Virus record (IMG/VR): IMGVR_UViG_3300012942_001479 | Coordinates: 1 to 43,033 of that record | Length of the DNA stretch: 43,033 nt | Direction: 5' to 3' (one strand) | Origin: a virus | Lineage: Duplodnaviria; Caudoviricetes | In this document: piece by piece, positions 36,901-43,033 of the stretch | How positions within the stretch are numbered: the first letter of the stretch is position 1 | Layout of the letters: each line of letters begins with the position of its first letter | The notes under the pieces: model-generated | The model's input: the letters and a program-made list of their open reading frames with translations, nothing else | What the model was told of the DNA's origin: nothing | Databases searched by the model: none | Position numbers and translations under genes: made by a program

Positions 36901-38268
36901 GCGCTGCGGTCCTCACGGGCCGAGGCCGATACCGCTGCCGAAGTGCAGCGCCAGATCGAGCACGGTCTGTATTCCAGCTCAACCACCCGACGCGGCCATG
37001 AGAAAGCCCGGGCGGCGTCTGTGGGGCGGCCCATGCGCTACGACCTGGGCGTCATCATGCAGCACGTCGATCAGGTGGTGCATGATCTGTCCTGGCACGA
37101 ATACCTGATTGATGCGAACCGGTTGCTCAAGGCCCCGGCCATCGACAAGGCGATTCGGGCACACTACGGTCCTGAAGTGCTGCGCACCATGCGCGAAACG
37201 CTCACGGACATCGCTGTGGGCAATCTGGCGTCTCAAAGCAGCGGCGAACGCATCCTGAGCTACATCCGCAAGGGCGCCACCATCACGGGCCTGGGCTGGC
37301 GTCTGACGACATCGCTTATGCAGCCGCTGGGGCTGTCGCAGTCCATCGTGCGCGTAGGGGCGAAATGGGTGGCTCGTGGCGCCTGGCGCTGGTTTGGGGA
37401 CGCGGCACACTTCGAGAACTCGGTGCGCAAGATCAACGAGAAATCGGACTTCATGCGCCTGCGGGCCAAGACCATGCAGCGGGAAATCAACGAAATCCGC
37501 AACCGGGTCAAGGGCAAAGACAGCCGCCTGGAAGCCAGCTATTTCTACCTGATCCAGAAAGCGCAGCTCATGGCCGACGTGCCGACCTGGTGGGGGCAGT
37601 ACGAGAAAGCCATGGCCGAGGATGGGATGACGGAAGAACGCGCCGCAGCCCAGGCCGACCAGGCCGTACGCGACACCCAGGGCGGCGGCCAGACCGGGGA
37701 TCTGTCGAAGGTCCAGCGGGGTAGCGCTGGGTGGATGCTCTTCACGAATTTCTATTCGTTCTTCAATACCACCTACAACCTGACCGCCGAAGCCGTGGGG
37801 CGCACGGACTTCAAGAAGCCGGGCGACATCGCCATGCTCGGGGCTGACCTGCTGCTGCTCTACACCATCCCGGCGCTGCTGGGCACCATCGTGCATTCCG
37901 CGTTTGCGGGGGATTGGGACGACAAGGACTTCTACAAGAAGCTCGCCTATGACCAGCTCAGCTACCTGCTGGGCACCATGGTCGTAGTGCGCGAAGCGGG
38001 CAGTGCCGTCTCTGGGCTTCTGGGCATGTACAGCGACTACAGTGGCCCGGCGGCTGTCCGTTTCTTCGGGGACCTGGCCCGGTTCTCCAAGCAGGCGGGG
38101 CAAGGCGATGCGGATGAAGCCTTCTGGAAATCACTCAACTCGCTGGGCGGCCTGATCTTCCACTACCCGGCTGGGCAGATCAATAGCACCCTGCAGGGCA
38201 TCAACGCCATGCTTGAGGGGCGCACCAGCAACCCCGGGGCGCTCGTGGTCGGTCCACCCCGGAAGTAG
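30937..38268 (+). CDS. Giant internal virion / polyvalent protein (2443 aa) with RadC/JAB and zincin-like HExxH domains
   Basis: HNHPSG...SPAD at 33475, FLHESGH at about 34174-34194, GGYYPIKYD; position of BPP-1 Bbp10 / T7 gp16. Confidence 0.85.
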   Translation: MPTNEYDDFARADAGVSATEGLLTPGNIDLSTRPVVRNDDGTISTVRSMSFNEDGQEILIPTVAADGSGILDDSAAVAQYRRTGQHLGKFDTPDHATRYAQQLHAQQLHEQQATEYGPGSANDDYAQMATADAEARDVAVQATVNKALYTMPDDAATVKNMADRSGLPEPVVERNRDEVSRVLRLRDIRQALADSPILTRQMTDPEFARLAHDDVESLSAVEREFGVMRETPRPEPTVMNYMRGLWSSLTQGAEQMRLGTELQSEDLLGDGSADSRIYRENLLRQYRQAEGRIEATTPAFETETAQGIYGGFSSLLQQLPGLAAAIATRNPYLALGYAGWQVQTQSYGKYRARGGTPGEAFLGGTAEGALEAATELLPMGFLVNRFGKEGTKAFLGGLLLRELPSEQIATFTQDAVDTAIANPTKTWGDFFSERGSAAYQTALATLVQSGALAGTHSLARRVVGDSLKVQESAQGAGFLARLTELARASKTAQRTPDTFEKFVAEAAEDGPVKEVYITADALMQSGLADQVAAVSPAVAAQLPLASQTGGQIAIPVEEYAAHIASTEFNQGLLDHLKTDPDGFSQAEARTYLQSQREELEQEVEKAAQDQQAVDAFRASADAVRAQVKAQLEATGRFTPQVNDAYAALWANFFSGQAARLEGATPEGLFKQYYPTVVAENVAAGPVLDQTAPENSALSAVNPNILKQSRRKRDDYTIDMFGVPDPAGTTETPGPAAPEISGDVHPQGTLSRDDAPGRFANRTILVEDTERKIGASQVTNAEEAAQALAYLGRGAVERFDALVTDANGKPLAIVGSFKGAISQASVFPATLAGEAFRVPGAAHLWAAHNHPSGNPTLSPADINLTRALGNIFRGSDIQLHGLFAISGSAPGAARQWTLVDPYTSEQSAGIAAPSKATMSVPAVDRIYSEKGQLGPAVTTPAAARSVIPRVAGNQSGLVLLDTQLTPIGFMPLQPNEMGVLRRDGRMDALYRAISMANASAAMFVNRDGAYTTQQVGNVAGLLNSLDVRVLDVLDVAGDTVQSQAEQGASFSGTKFDQTARGSFNPSTNTIALLQAADLSTFLHESGHFFLEVQTDIAGKLRQQAEIFGADTLKPEERQLLADTDALMQWFGVGTLTDWYSMDLEQKRTYHEQFARGFESYLFEGKAPSIELQGLFQRFRAWLLSVYKDLKALNVTLTDDVRSVFDRMLATNDQITLAEQGRSMMPLFESAEQAGMTPDEFAAYQALGSSATADAIQDLQAKGLRDMQWLHNARGRVLKDLQKEAAARRSEVRMEARREILNEPVYRAWQFLTGKIGADDKIAPRKDGTTGPDLDPVNDSLFVAIAKLGGIDREEAKSQWGVDHKEVGPGSVFGKPILRKTGGRTLDDMRQALIEQGYLSPEDATGDWNPREFEDRFDAELRGDTQYSLSHDFAADQDIQAGGELANPTALSAGRLDAGELSIMNLPQEVLDALNARKMVAKHGLHPDIVAALPGIEMTSGAELVQKLAEAQPLHEVIEAATDVKMLERYGDLSSPEAIARAADKAVHNEARARFSATEAEVLQRLANPTAPTGKIDRRGRAVSRGILLPAAREFAQNVIARVRVRDLRPAQYANAEARAAQNAVRAAKAGDVMTAAAEKRNQVIQQQLTKATYDAQDEVGKAVRYLRKFDNAGTRKSIDADYLDQIDQLLERFDLRASVSNKEAARRKSLLEWVQAQQELGFDPDVPDVLLARAQRKPYRELTVTELRGVLDTVKQIEHLGRLKNRLLTAADNRAFSQIVDEISASIQDNAKRTVKERRTSDRGRLADIGSLFRNFTADHRKFASLVREMDGWQDGGSMWEYLAQSMNRAGDREAVMREQATIALSNLLKPILKTGKLDEKTFFRSVGKSFTREERIGLALNMGNETNRERLVSGEGLPPAVQREILDTLTKEEMDFVQSVWDYLDTYWSEIVAKQRRVQGITSEKVQALPVETKHGTYRGGYYPIKYDALRSSRAEADTAAEVQRQIEHGLYSSSTTRRGHEKARAASVGRPMRYDLGVIMQHVDQVVHDLSWHEYLIDANRLLKAPAIDKAIRAHYGPEVLRTMRETLTDIAVGNLASQSSGERILSYIRKGATITGLGWRLTTSLMQPLGLSQSIVRVGAKWVARGAWRWFGDAAHFENSVRKINEKSDFMRLRAKTMQREINEIRNRVKGKDSRLEASYFYLIQKAQLMADVPTWWGQYEKAMAEDGMTEERAAAQADQAVRDTQGGGQTGDLSKVQRGSAGWMLFTNFYSFFNTTYNLTAEAVGRTDFKKPGDIAMLGADLLLLYTIPALLGTIVHSAFAGDWDDKDFYKKLAYDQLSYLLGTMVVVREAGSAVSGLLGMYSDYSGPAAVRFFGDLARFSKQAGQGDADEAFWKSLNSLGGLIFHYPAGQINSTLQGINAMLEGRTSNPGALVVGPPRK

Positions 38269-38270
38269 GC

Positions 38271-38304
38271 CCGTGGCCTTGACGGCCCGGTAGGCGGTGA
38301 AAAT
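38271..38304 (+). promoter_or_regulatory. Late promoter motif copy 5: CCGTGGCCTTGA-N16-GAAAAT
   Basis: Intergenic, upstream of the tail fibre/DGR/lysis block; overlaps the inverted repeat AAAATCCC/GGGATTTT (38300-38328). Confidence 0.75.
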
Positions 38305-38332
38305 CCCTGCAAGTTCCGCCGGGATTTTTGCC

Positions 38333-40273
38333 ATGACCGTTTCCAGCACCAACCGCAAGACCGCCCCCTTTCTGGGGGACGGGTCTACCGGGCCTTTCAA
38401 CTTCGACTTCTACATGCCGGTGGGGTCTGAGAGTTCCGTGGTGGCTGTTGTAGCGGACCCGAATGGCGCAGAAACCACGCTGGACTATGGCGACCCCAGC
38501 GGCCCGGGGGTGGACTACACCGTCAGCCTGAACAACGATCAAAGCAACAACCCGGGCGGGTCTGTCACTCTGACGGACGTGCTGCCGGTCGGCTACAAGC
38601 TCGTGCTCACCAGCGCGGTGCCAGGGCTGCAGCCAACCGATATCACGAACCTGGGCGGTTTTTATCAAGAATTGGTGACGCAGGCTTTTGATCGCGTGAC
38701 CGTGCTCGTCCAGCAAGCCGACGAAAAGATTAATCGCGCCGTGAAGGTGCCGATTTCCAGCACGATCACCCCCGACGATCTGATCAATCAACTCACCAAT
38801 GCGGCGTCCGACGCGGTGAATGCCGCTGGTGCTGCCGCCGTCAGCGAAGGCAACGCTGCTGCATCGGCCAGCGCCGCGCTGACCAGCGAAGGCAACGCCC
38901 ACGATTCCGAAGTCGCCGCTGCGCTGTCCGAAGGTAATGCCGCCACTTCCGAGGGCAACGCCGCCGCATCGGCCAGCGCCGCGCTGACCAGCGAAAACAA
39001 CGCCCACGACTCCGAAGTCGCGGCGGGCCTGTCAGCCGGTGCTGCCGCCGTCAGCGAGGGCAAGGCGCACGACTCTGAACTGGCCGCTGCGCTGTCCGAG
39101 GACAACGCCGCCGATTCAGCCGGTGCAGCGCTGGCAAGCCAGAACGCTGCACACGATTCCGAGGTGGCCGCCGCCAGTAGCGAACTGGCCGCCAAGACCT
39201 ACCTGGAAACCCTGGTGCAGCCCTTCGCTTTCATGAAAGCGGACTATGACACGCCCTGCCTGAAAAAGACCGGCGCACAGACGGTCAGCATCAAGGCCGG
39301 TACCGTGGTCGTGGTCGCCGGGGTCGCACGCGCTTTCGCAGCCGATACGCCGGTCACCATGCCCGCGCTCACCGCCGGGGAGGACTATTCGGTATGGGTC
39401 AAGACCGACAATAGCGCAGTCGCTGTCGTTGATTCGTTCCTTGCCCCGGCCAGCGCCCCCGACGTGGGGGCCATCCGCATCGGCGGATTCCATCATGGCC
39501 TCGTCGCGCCGGGCGAGACAGTGGCCGGGGGTAGTTTCTCTACCAGCGGTGTGACTGCGGGCGGCGGGTCGATGCTGTGGACACAAGCCGACGTGGACAA
39601 ACTGGCCGGGATCAACGAATTCTCGATTTGGGACTTGGCCCTGCGCCACCGGGGCGAACAGTACGGCATGTCGTACGACCCGTGGGTCGATGCCTGGGGC
39701 GGTATTTATTTTTGCAATACCGCTCCCCATTTGAACGGCATCAGCCGGTACAACACTGACGTTTGCAGCGGCACCGTACAGCCCTTCGTGCCTCCGTCCT
39801 TCGGGGGCGACGGCGTGCTCAAGTACAGTGCCTTCCGGTCGTGGGAAGCTATTGAAATCCTGGCCGACCACGGTTGTCGTCCTGTTTTGTACAACGAGTT
39901 TGTCAGCATGGCCTTCGGCGTCACCGAGGGCCAAAGCCTGGGGGGCGCGTCCGCGACGATTCCGGCCACGGCCCGCCAGCCGGGCTATACGTCGCGCATT
40001 GGTTTGGAACAGGCCACCGGCCACGTCTACACCATCGGCGGCCCGATGATCGGTCAGGGTGGATCGGCGTGGGCGGGTAATGGCCGGGGGTCGAACTACG
40101 GCGGTGGCGTCGTCCAGTTGTTCGGCGGCAACCGTTCGATCACGTCCTCTTCGGGGTCTCGTTGCGTCTCCTTTGACGCCGGCCTCGCGTACTCGGACTG
40201 GAGCGTTTCGCTGCGTGCCGCCGGTGACCCGCAAAAAACAGTCGGCCCGGCCCTGTACCAAGAGGCCGCGTAA
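38333..40273 (+). CDS. mtd: Tail fibre anchor fused to a major tropism determinant (Mtd-like C-type lectin fold); DGR target
   Basis: T7 gp17-like N-terminus (GDGSTGPFNFDF...FDRVTVLVQQ), Ala-rich repeats, then SIKAGT, TMPALTAG.DY, GGFH, INEFSIWD, YNEF..MAFG and SGSR as in BPP-1 Mtd. Confidence 0.9.
   Translation: MTVSSTNRKTAPFLGDGSTGPFNFDFYMPVGSESSVVAVVADPNGAETTLDYGDPSGPGVDYTVSLNNDQSNNPGGSVTLTDVLPVGYKLVLTSAVPGLQPTDITNLGGFYQELVTQAFDRVTVLVQQADEKINRAVKVPISSTITPDDLINQLTNAASDAVNAAGAAAVSEGNAAASASAALTSEGNAHDSEVAAALSEGNAATSEGNAAASASAALTSENNAHDSEVAAGLSAGAAAVSEGKAHDSELAAALSEDNAADSAGAALASQNAAHDSEVAAASSELAAKTYLETLVQPFAFMKADYDTPCLKKTGAQTVSIKAGTVVVVAGVARAFAADTPVTMPALTAGEDYSVWVKTDNSAVAVVDSFLAPASAPDVGAIRIGGFHHGLVAPGETVAGGSFSTSGVTAGGGSMLWTQADVDKLAGINEFSIWDLALRHRGEQYGMSYDPWVDAWGGIYFCNTAPHLNGISRYNTDVCSGTVQPFVPPSFGGDGVLKYSAFRSWEAIEILADHGCRPVLYNEFVSMAFGVTEGQSLGGASATIPATARQPGYTSRIGLEQATGHVYTIGGPMIGQGGSAWAGNGRGSNYGGGVVQLFGGNRSITSSSGSRCVSFDAGLAYSDWSVSLRAAGDPQKTVGPALYQEAA
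38824..39195 (+). repeat. Ala-rich heptad repeats (SEGNA / AHDSE) in the fibre shaft
   Basis: Duplicated SEGNAAASASAALTSE.NAHDSEVAA blocks at DNA and protein level. Confidence 0.8.
40121..40226 (+). repeat. DGR variable repeat (VR) in the 3' end of mtd
   Basis: 106-nt ungapped match to 40369-40474 with 16 mismatches, all opposite TR adenines. Confidence 0.96.
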
Positions 40274-40368
40274 TGAACATCGCACTGCCGCTTGACTGCG
40301 CCATGCCAGTATCGGCAGTGCATCGGTTTTTGCTGTCTCTCGGGGCGGCAAAAAGGGTGGAGCAAGAT

Positions 40369-40474
40369 AACAGCGGCAACCGTACGAACACGTCCAATTC
40401 GGGGTCTCGTTGCGTCAACTTTAACAACGGCCTCGCGAACTCGAACTGGAACATTTCGCTGCGTGCCGCCGGTG
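40369..40474 (+). ncRNA. DGR template repeat (TR); a spacer follows to 40608
   Basis: AAC-rich copy of VR (24 adenines). The spacer carries CTTCGGCAAATAC and AGTAG..CGAAA, resembling DGR spacer RNA. Confidence 0.95.
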
Positions 40475-40608
40475 GCGATTGGCAACCCGCCGTGATGCAA
40501 GCCGCGCATCACGACACTTTGGTCAGCTTGCTTCACCTGCTTCGGCAAATACCTACCTGGGTGCGGAGAACGGCGAGTAGTGAAAATCGAAAGCCGCGCC
40601 GCCTTGTT

Positions 40609-41589
40609 ATGGGTAAGAAATACAAAAACCTCTACGACACCGTCACGTCGATGGACAACCTGCGCTCGGCGTACCGCAAGACCTCGCGGGGCAAGCGAAA
40701 AACGCGCAGTTACCGGACATTCACCGGACATCTGGACAGTCGCCTGCGCTCGGTGCGGCGCAGCTTGACGACGGGTTCGTACCGTCAGGGCCAGCCCCGC
40801 CAGTTCACGATCTACGAGCCGAAGCAGCGCCTGATCTCCGCGCTGCCCTTCCGCGACCGGCTGGTGCAGCACGCGCTTTGCAATGTCCTTGAGCCGATTT
40901 TCGATTCGGTGTTCCTGCCGCAAAGCTACGCCTGCCGCCGGGGTAAAGGCACTCACGCCGCAGCCCGCGATGTGCAAGCCGAACTGCGCCGGATGCAGGC
41001 CAATGGCCTAGACATTTGGGTGCTGAAAACGGACTTCTCCAAGTATTTCGCCAGCATCCCGCTGGACGTGCTGCACCGGGAATATCGGCGCAAGATTTCC
41101 TGCAAGCCCACGCTGGCCCTGCTCGAAAAGTTGATCCCCACCGAAGGCCGGGGTATCCCCATCGGGGAACTGGTCAGCCAGCTTTCGGCCAACTTGATCG
41201 GCCACGTCGTGGATCGCTGGCTCGTCCACGGGCAGGGCGTCACGGCGTTCTTTCGCTACATGGACGACATCGTGATCCTGGGTTCCGACCGGGCGGCCCT
41301 GGCCCGCCTGCGCGTCGATCTGGAAGCCTTCGCCCACGACGAGTTGGGCCTGCGCTTCTCGCACTGGTCGCTGCAACCGATCAGCCGGGGGATCAATTTC
41401 GTGGGTTACCGCATCTGGCCGCGCTTCAAGCTGCTGCGCCGGGATTCGGTCGCCCGTGCCAAGCGCAAGGTGCGCCGCTACAAGGCGCACGGCGCGGTCG
41501 AGCGCCTGCGCATGTTCCTGGCCTCGTGGCTGGGCCATGCCAAGTGGGCCGACTCGCACCACCTGATTGCTTCTATGGGGGTCGCATGA
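40609..41589 (+). CDS. brt: DGR reverse transcriptase (Brt-like)
   Basis: MGKKYKNL start, YEPK.RLISAL.F.DRLVQHAL, YACR..KGTH, GIPIG..SQ, YMDD, GINFVGYRIWP. The ORF is also open upstream to 40273. Confidence 0.96.
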   Translation: MGKKYKNLYDTVTSMDNLRSAYRKTSRGKRKTRSYRTFTGHLDSRLRSVRRSLTTGSYRQGQPRQFTIYEPKQRLISALPFRDRLVQHALCNVLEPIFDSVFLPQSYACRRGKGTHAAARDVQAELRRMQANGLDIWVLKTDFSKYFASIPLDVLHREYRRKISCKPTLALLEKLIPTEGRGIPIGELVSQLSANLIGHVVDRWLVHGQGVTAFFRYMDDIVILGSDRAALARLRVDLEAFAHDELGLRFSHWSLQPISRGINFVGYRIWPRFKLLRRDSVARAKRKVRRYKAHGAVERLRMFLASWLGHAKWADSHHLIASMGVA

Positions 41590-41990
41590 ACGACTGCTAC
41601 AGCCCGCACACGGGCGAACACATCGCAACCAGCACACGGGCGTCCTGGATGGGCCGCGCCGGTGTGGACTGCCCGGCCTACGACCGGCAGACGCAATCCG
41701 CCTATTGGCGTGGCGGCCCGGCCTGGGTCGTTGAAGACGTGACGCCAGCACCAGCTGGTCGCACCGTACTGTCGGCGCGTGAGTTTCTGGACAGGTTTAC
41801 GAACACCGAGTACGCCGCCGTGCGAGCCAACACCGATGTCAACCTGCAACGGGCCTACGACAACCTGATCGCCGCCGACTTCGTTGACCTGACCGATCCG
41901 GCTGTCGGCCTGGGGCTTGATCTGATGGTGGCGCTGGGCGTCATCGACGCAAGCCGCAAGTCCGAACTGCTGCAACCGGAGGGCGCCTGA
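41586..41990 (+). CDS. Tail-fibre assembly/chaperone-like hypothetical protein
   Basis: ATGA-coupled to the RT; LSAREFLDRFT..E and VDLTDP motifs seen in fibre-associated proteins. Confidence 0.65.
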   Translation: MNDCYSPHTGEHIATSTRASWMGRAGVDCPAYDRQTQSAYWRGGPAWVVEDVTPAPAGRTVLSAREFLDRFTNTEYAAVRANTDVNLQRAYDNLIAADFVDLTDPAVGLGLDLMVALGVIDASRKSELLQPEGA

Positions 41991-42286
41991 TGCCGCTGTC
42001 TGACGACGCAATCGCAATCATTCAGGCCGTGCGGGAAACCACGTCTGATCTGGAAGCCAAGCTGGCGGGCATGCAAGCCCGGCAGGAGCAGCTATTCGCG
42101 GGCTTCCCGGACGGCGACCCGGACAGTCATCGTCGCTATCACGAGTCGGTCATCGAGTGGCGCGAACTGCGAAACCAAATGGTCAAGTCGGCCCTGATGC
42201 AAGCAGCGAAAGTCGGCGGCCTGGGGGCCATCGGCTGGATCGCCTACGCACTTTGGACGGCCCTCAAGATGGAGATCACGAAATGA
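41990..42286 (+). CDS. Lysis-region protein with one C-terminal TM segment
   Basis: FPDGDPDSHRRYHE motif and C-terminal hydrophobic helix; GGAGG RBS. Confidence 0.7.
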   Translation: MPLSDDAIAIIQAVRETTSDLEAKLAGMQARQEQLFAGFPDGDPDSHRRYHESVIEWRELRNQMVKSALMQAAKVGGLGAIGWIAYALWTALKMEITK

Positions 42287-42576
42287 AACTCATCCCCGAG
42301 TGGCGGCAGTGCCACCGCTTCTGGTCTGTCCGTTTGCAGGCGGCGGGCCTCGGCATTCTTGGTGTCCTGCAAGCATTCCCGGAGGCCGTCGCCCATGTCT
42401 GGCTTATTCTCCCTGCTGAAATCCATTCTGCGATCCCTGACGAAGCGCTCAAGTGGGTCGGCTACGCCTGCCTCGTCGCCGGAGTCGTCGCCCGCATCAT
42501 CCGACAAGACCGGCTCCACGCCGCCGATGGCGTGGGGGGCGGTGGTCAGCCCGGAATTCCGCGCGGCGGTCGTTGA
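42283..42576 (+). CDS. Holin-like membrane protein
   Basis: MKLIPEWR...WSVRL, two TM segments, VARIIRQ; GGAG RBS. Confidence 0.8.
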   Translation: MKLIPEWRQCHRFWSVRLQAAGLGILGVLQAFPEAVAHVWLILPAEIHSAIPDEALKWVGYACLVAGVVARIIRQDRLHAADGVGGGGQPGIPRGGR

Positions 42577-43033
42577 CATCTGCGACGGCCTCGGGATCGA
42601 CCCATCGTGGCTCATGGCGTGCATGGCTTTCGAGTCGGCGTACAGCTTCGACCCGGCCAAGCGCAACCCCGGCAGCAGCGCCACGGGACTGATCCAGTTC
42701 ATGGCGACCACGGCGCGCGGCCTGGGCACGACGACGGACGCCCTGGCAGCCATGACGGCGGTAGAACAACTGGATTACGTGCGCCTGTACTTCAAGCCCT
42801 ACGCGGGCCGCATGGCGACCCTGGCCGACGTGTACATGGCGATCCTGTACCCCAAGGCCATCGGCAAGCCGGACGACTATGCGCTGTTCGTTGACCCGGC
42901 GAAAACGTACCAGCCGAATTCAGGGCTGGACGCCAACCGGGACAAGAAGGTGACGAAGGCCGAGGCCGCCGCGTCCGTGCGTGCCGCGATGGATCGCGGC
43001 CTGCGCCCCGGCAACGTGTGGAGCGGATCGTGA
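42395..43033 (+). CDS. Endolysin, lytic transglycosylase (SLT-like)
   Basis: WLMACMAFES catalytic Glu, ATGLIQFM, EQLDYV. GGAGG precedes ATG 42395; alternative start at 42527. Confidence 0.85.
   Translation: MSGLFSLLKSILRSLTKRSSGSATPASSPESSPASSDKTGSTPPMAWGAVVSPEFRAAVVDICDGLGIDPSWLMACMAFESAYSFDPAKRNPGSSATGLIQFMATTARGLGTTTDALAAMTAVEQLDYVRLYFKPYAGRMATLADVYMAILYPKAIGKPDDYALFVDPAKTYQPNSGLDANRDKKVTKAEAAASVRAAMDRGLRPGNVWSGS

Larger units (their letters stand above)
1..43033. mobile_element. Temperate BPP-1-like podophage (prophage or phage genome), nearly complete
   Basis: Integrase, CI/Cro switch, PolA/DUF2800/DUF2815/SNF2 replication block, terminases, portal, capsid, tail tubes, DGR and lysis genes in BPP-1-like arrangement. 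No att sites in the window. Confidence 0.95.

Noticed and set aside
40609-41589. Group II intron or retron RT
   Set aside because: The TR/VR pair with A-only mismatches, the SQ motif and Brt similarity identify a DGR. No maturase or endonuclease domain and no msr-msd seen.
41586-41990. Relocated avd downstream of the RT
   Set aside because: Similar size, but it lacks the basic four-helix pattern and the E.G...GGW motif of Avd, and looks like a fibre-associated protein. An HMM search should confirm.
1-43033. attL/attR, tRNA genes, spanins and a second DGR target
   Set aside because: None recognised by eye. The window is cut at the int and endolysin stop codons, so att sites and spanins may lie outside it.

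Overview
The window is an almost complete temperate podophage/prophage of the Bordetella phage BPP-1 type, probably from a high-GC betaproteobacterium. It runs from the integrase stop codon to the endolysin stop codon, and no att sites are visible. The left arm (minus strand) carries int/xis, an SNF2 helicase, a methyltransferase, VRR-NUC, family A DNA polymerase, RdgC, SSB, a Cas4-like exonuclease, a 24-bp-repeat gene and a beta-clamp-like gene. A CI/Cro switch with 17-bp operators follows, then a primase-helicase, terminases, portal, capsid, tail tubes, three internal virion proteins and lysis genes. The tail region holds a diversity-generating retroelement (DGR): an Mtd-like receptor-binding gene with a variable repeat, a template repeat differing only at adenines, and a Brt-like reverse transcriptase. 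Unusual points: (1) the DGR has no avd gene, and about 95 nt of hairpins sit in its place; (2) the TR and spacer are open in frame with the RT; (3) Mtd is fused to a tail-fibre anchor; (4) a RadC/JAB cassette flanked by direct repeats is inserted in the 2443-aa virion protein; (5) a motif CCGTGGCCTTGA-N16-(-10-like box) occurs five times ahead of late modules. Family assignments come from recognised motifs and recalled homologues; no database search was run.
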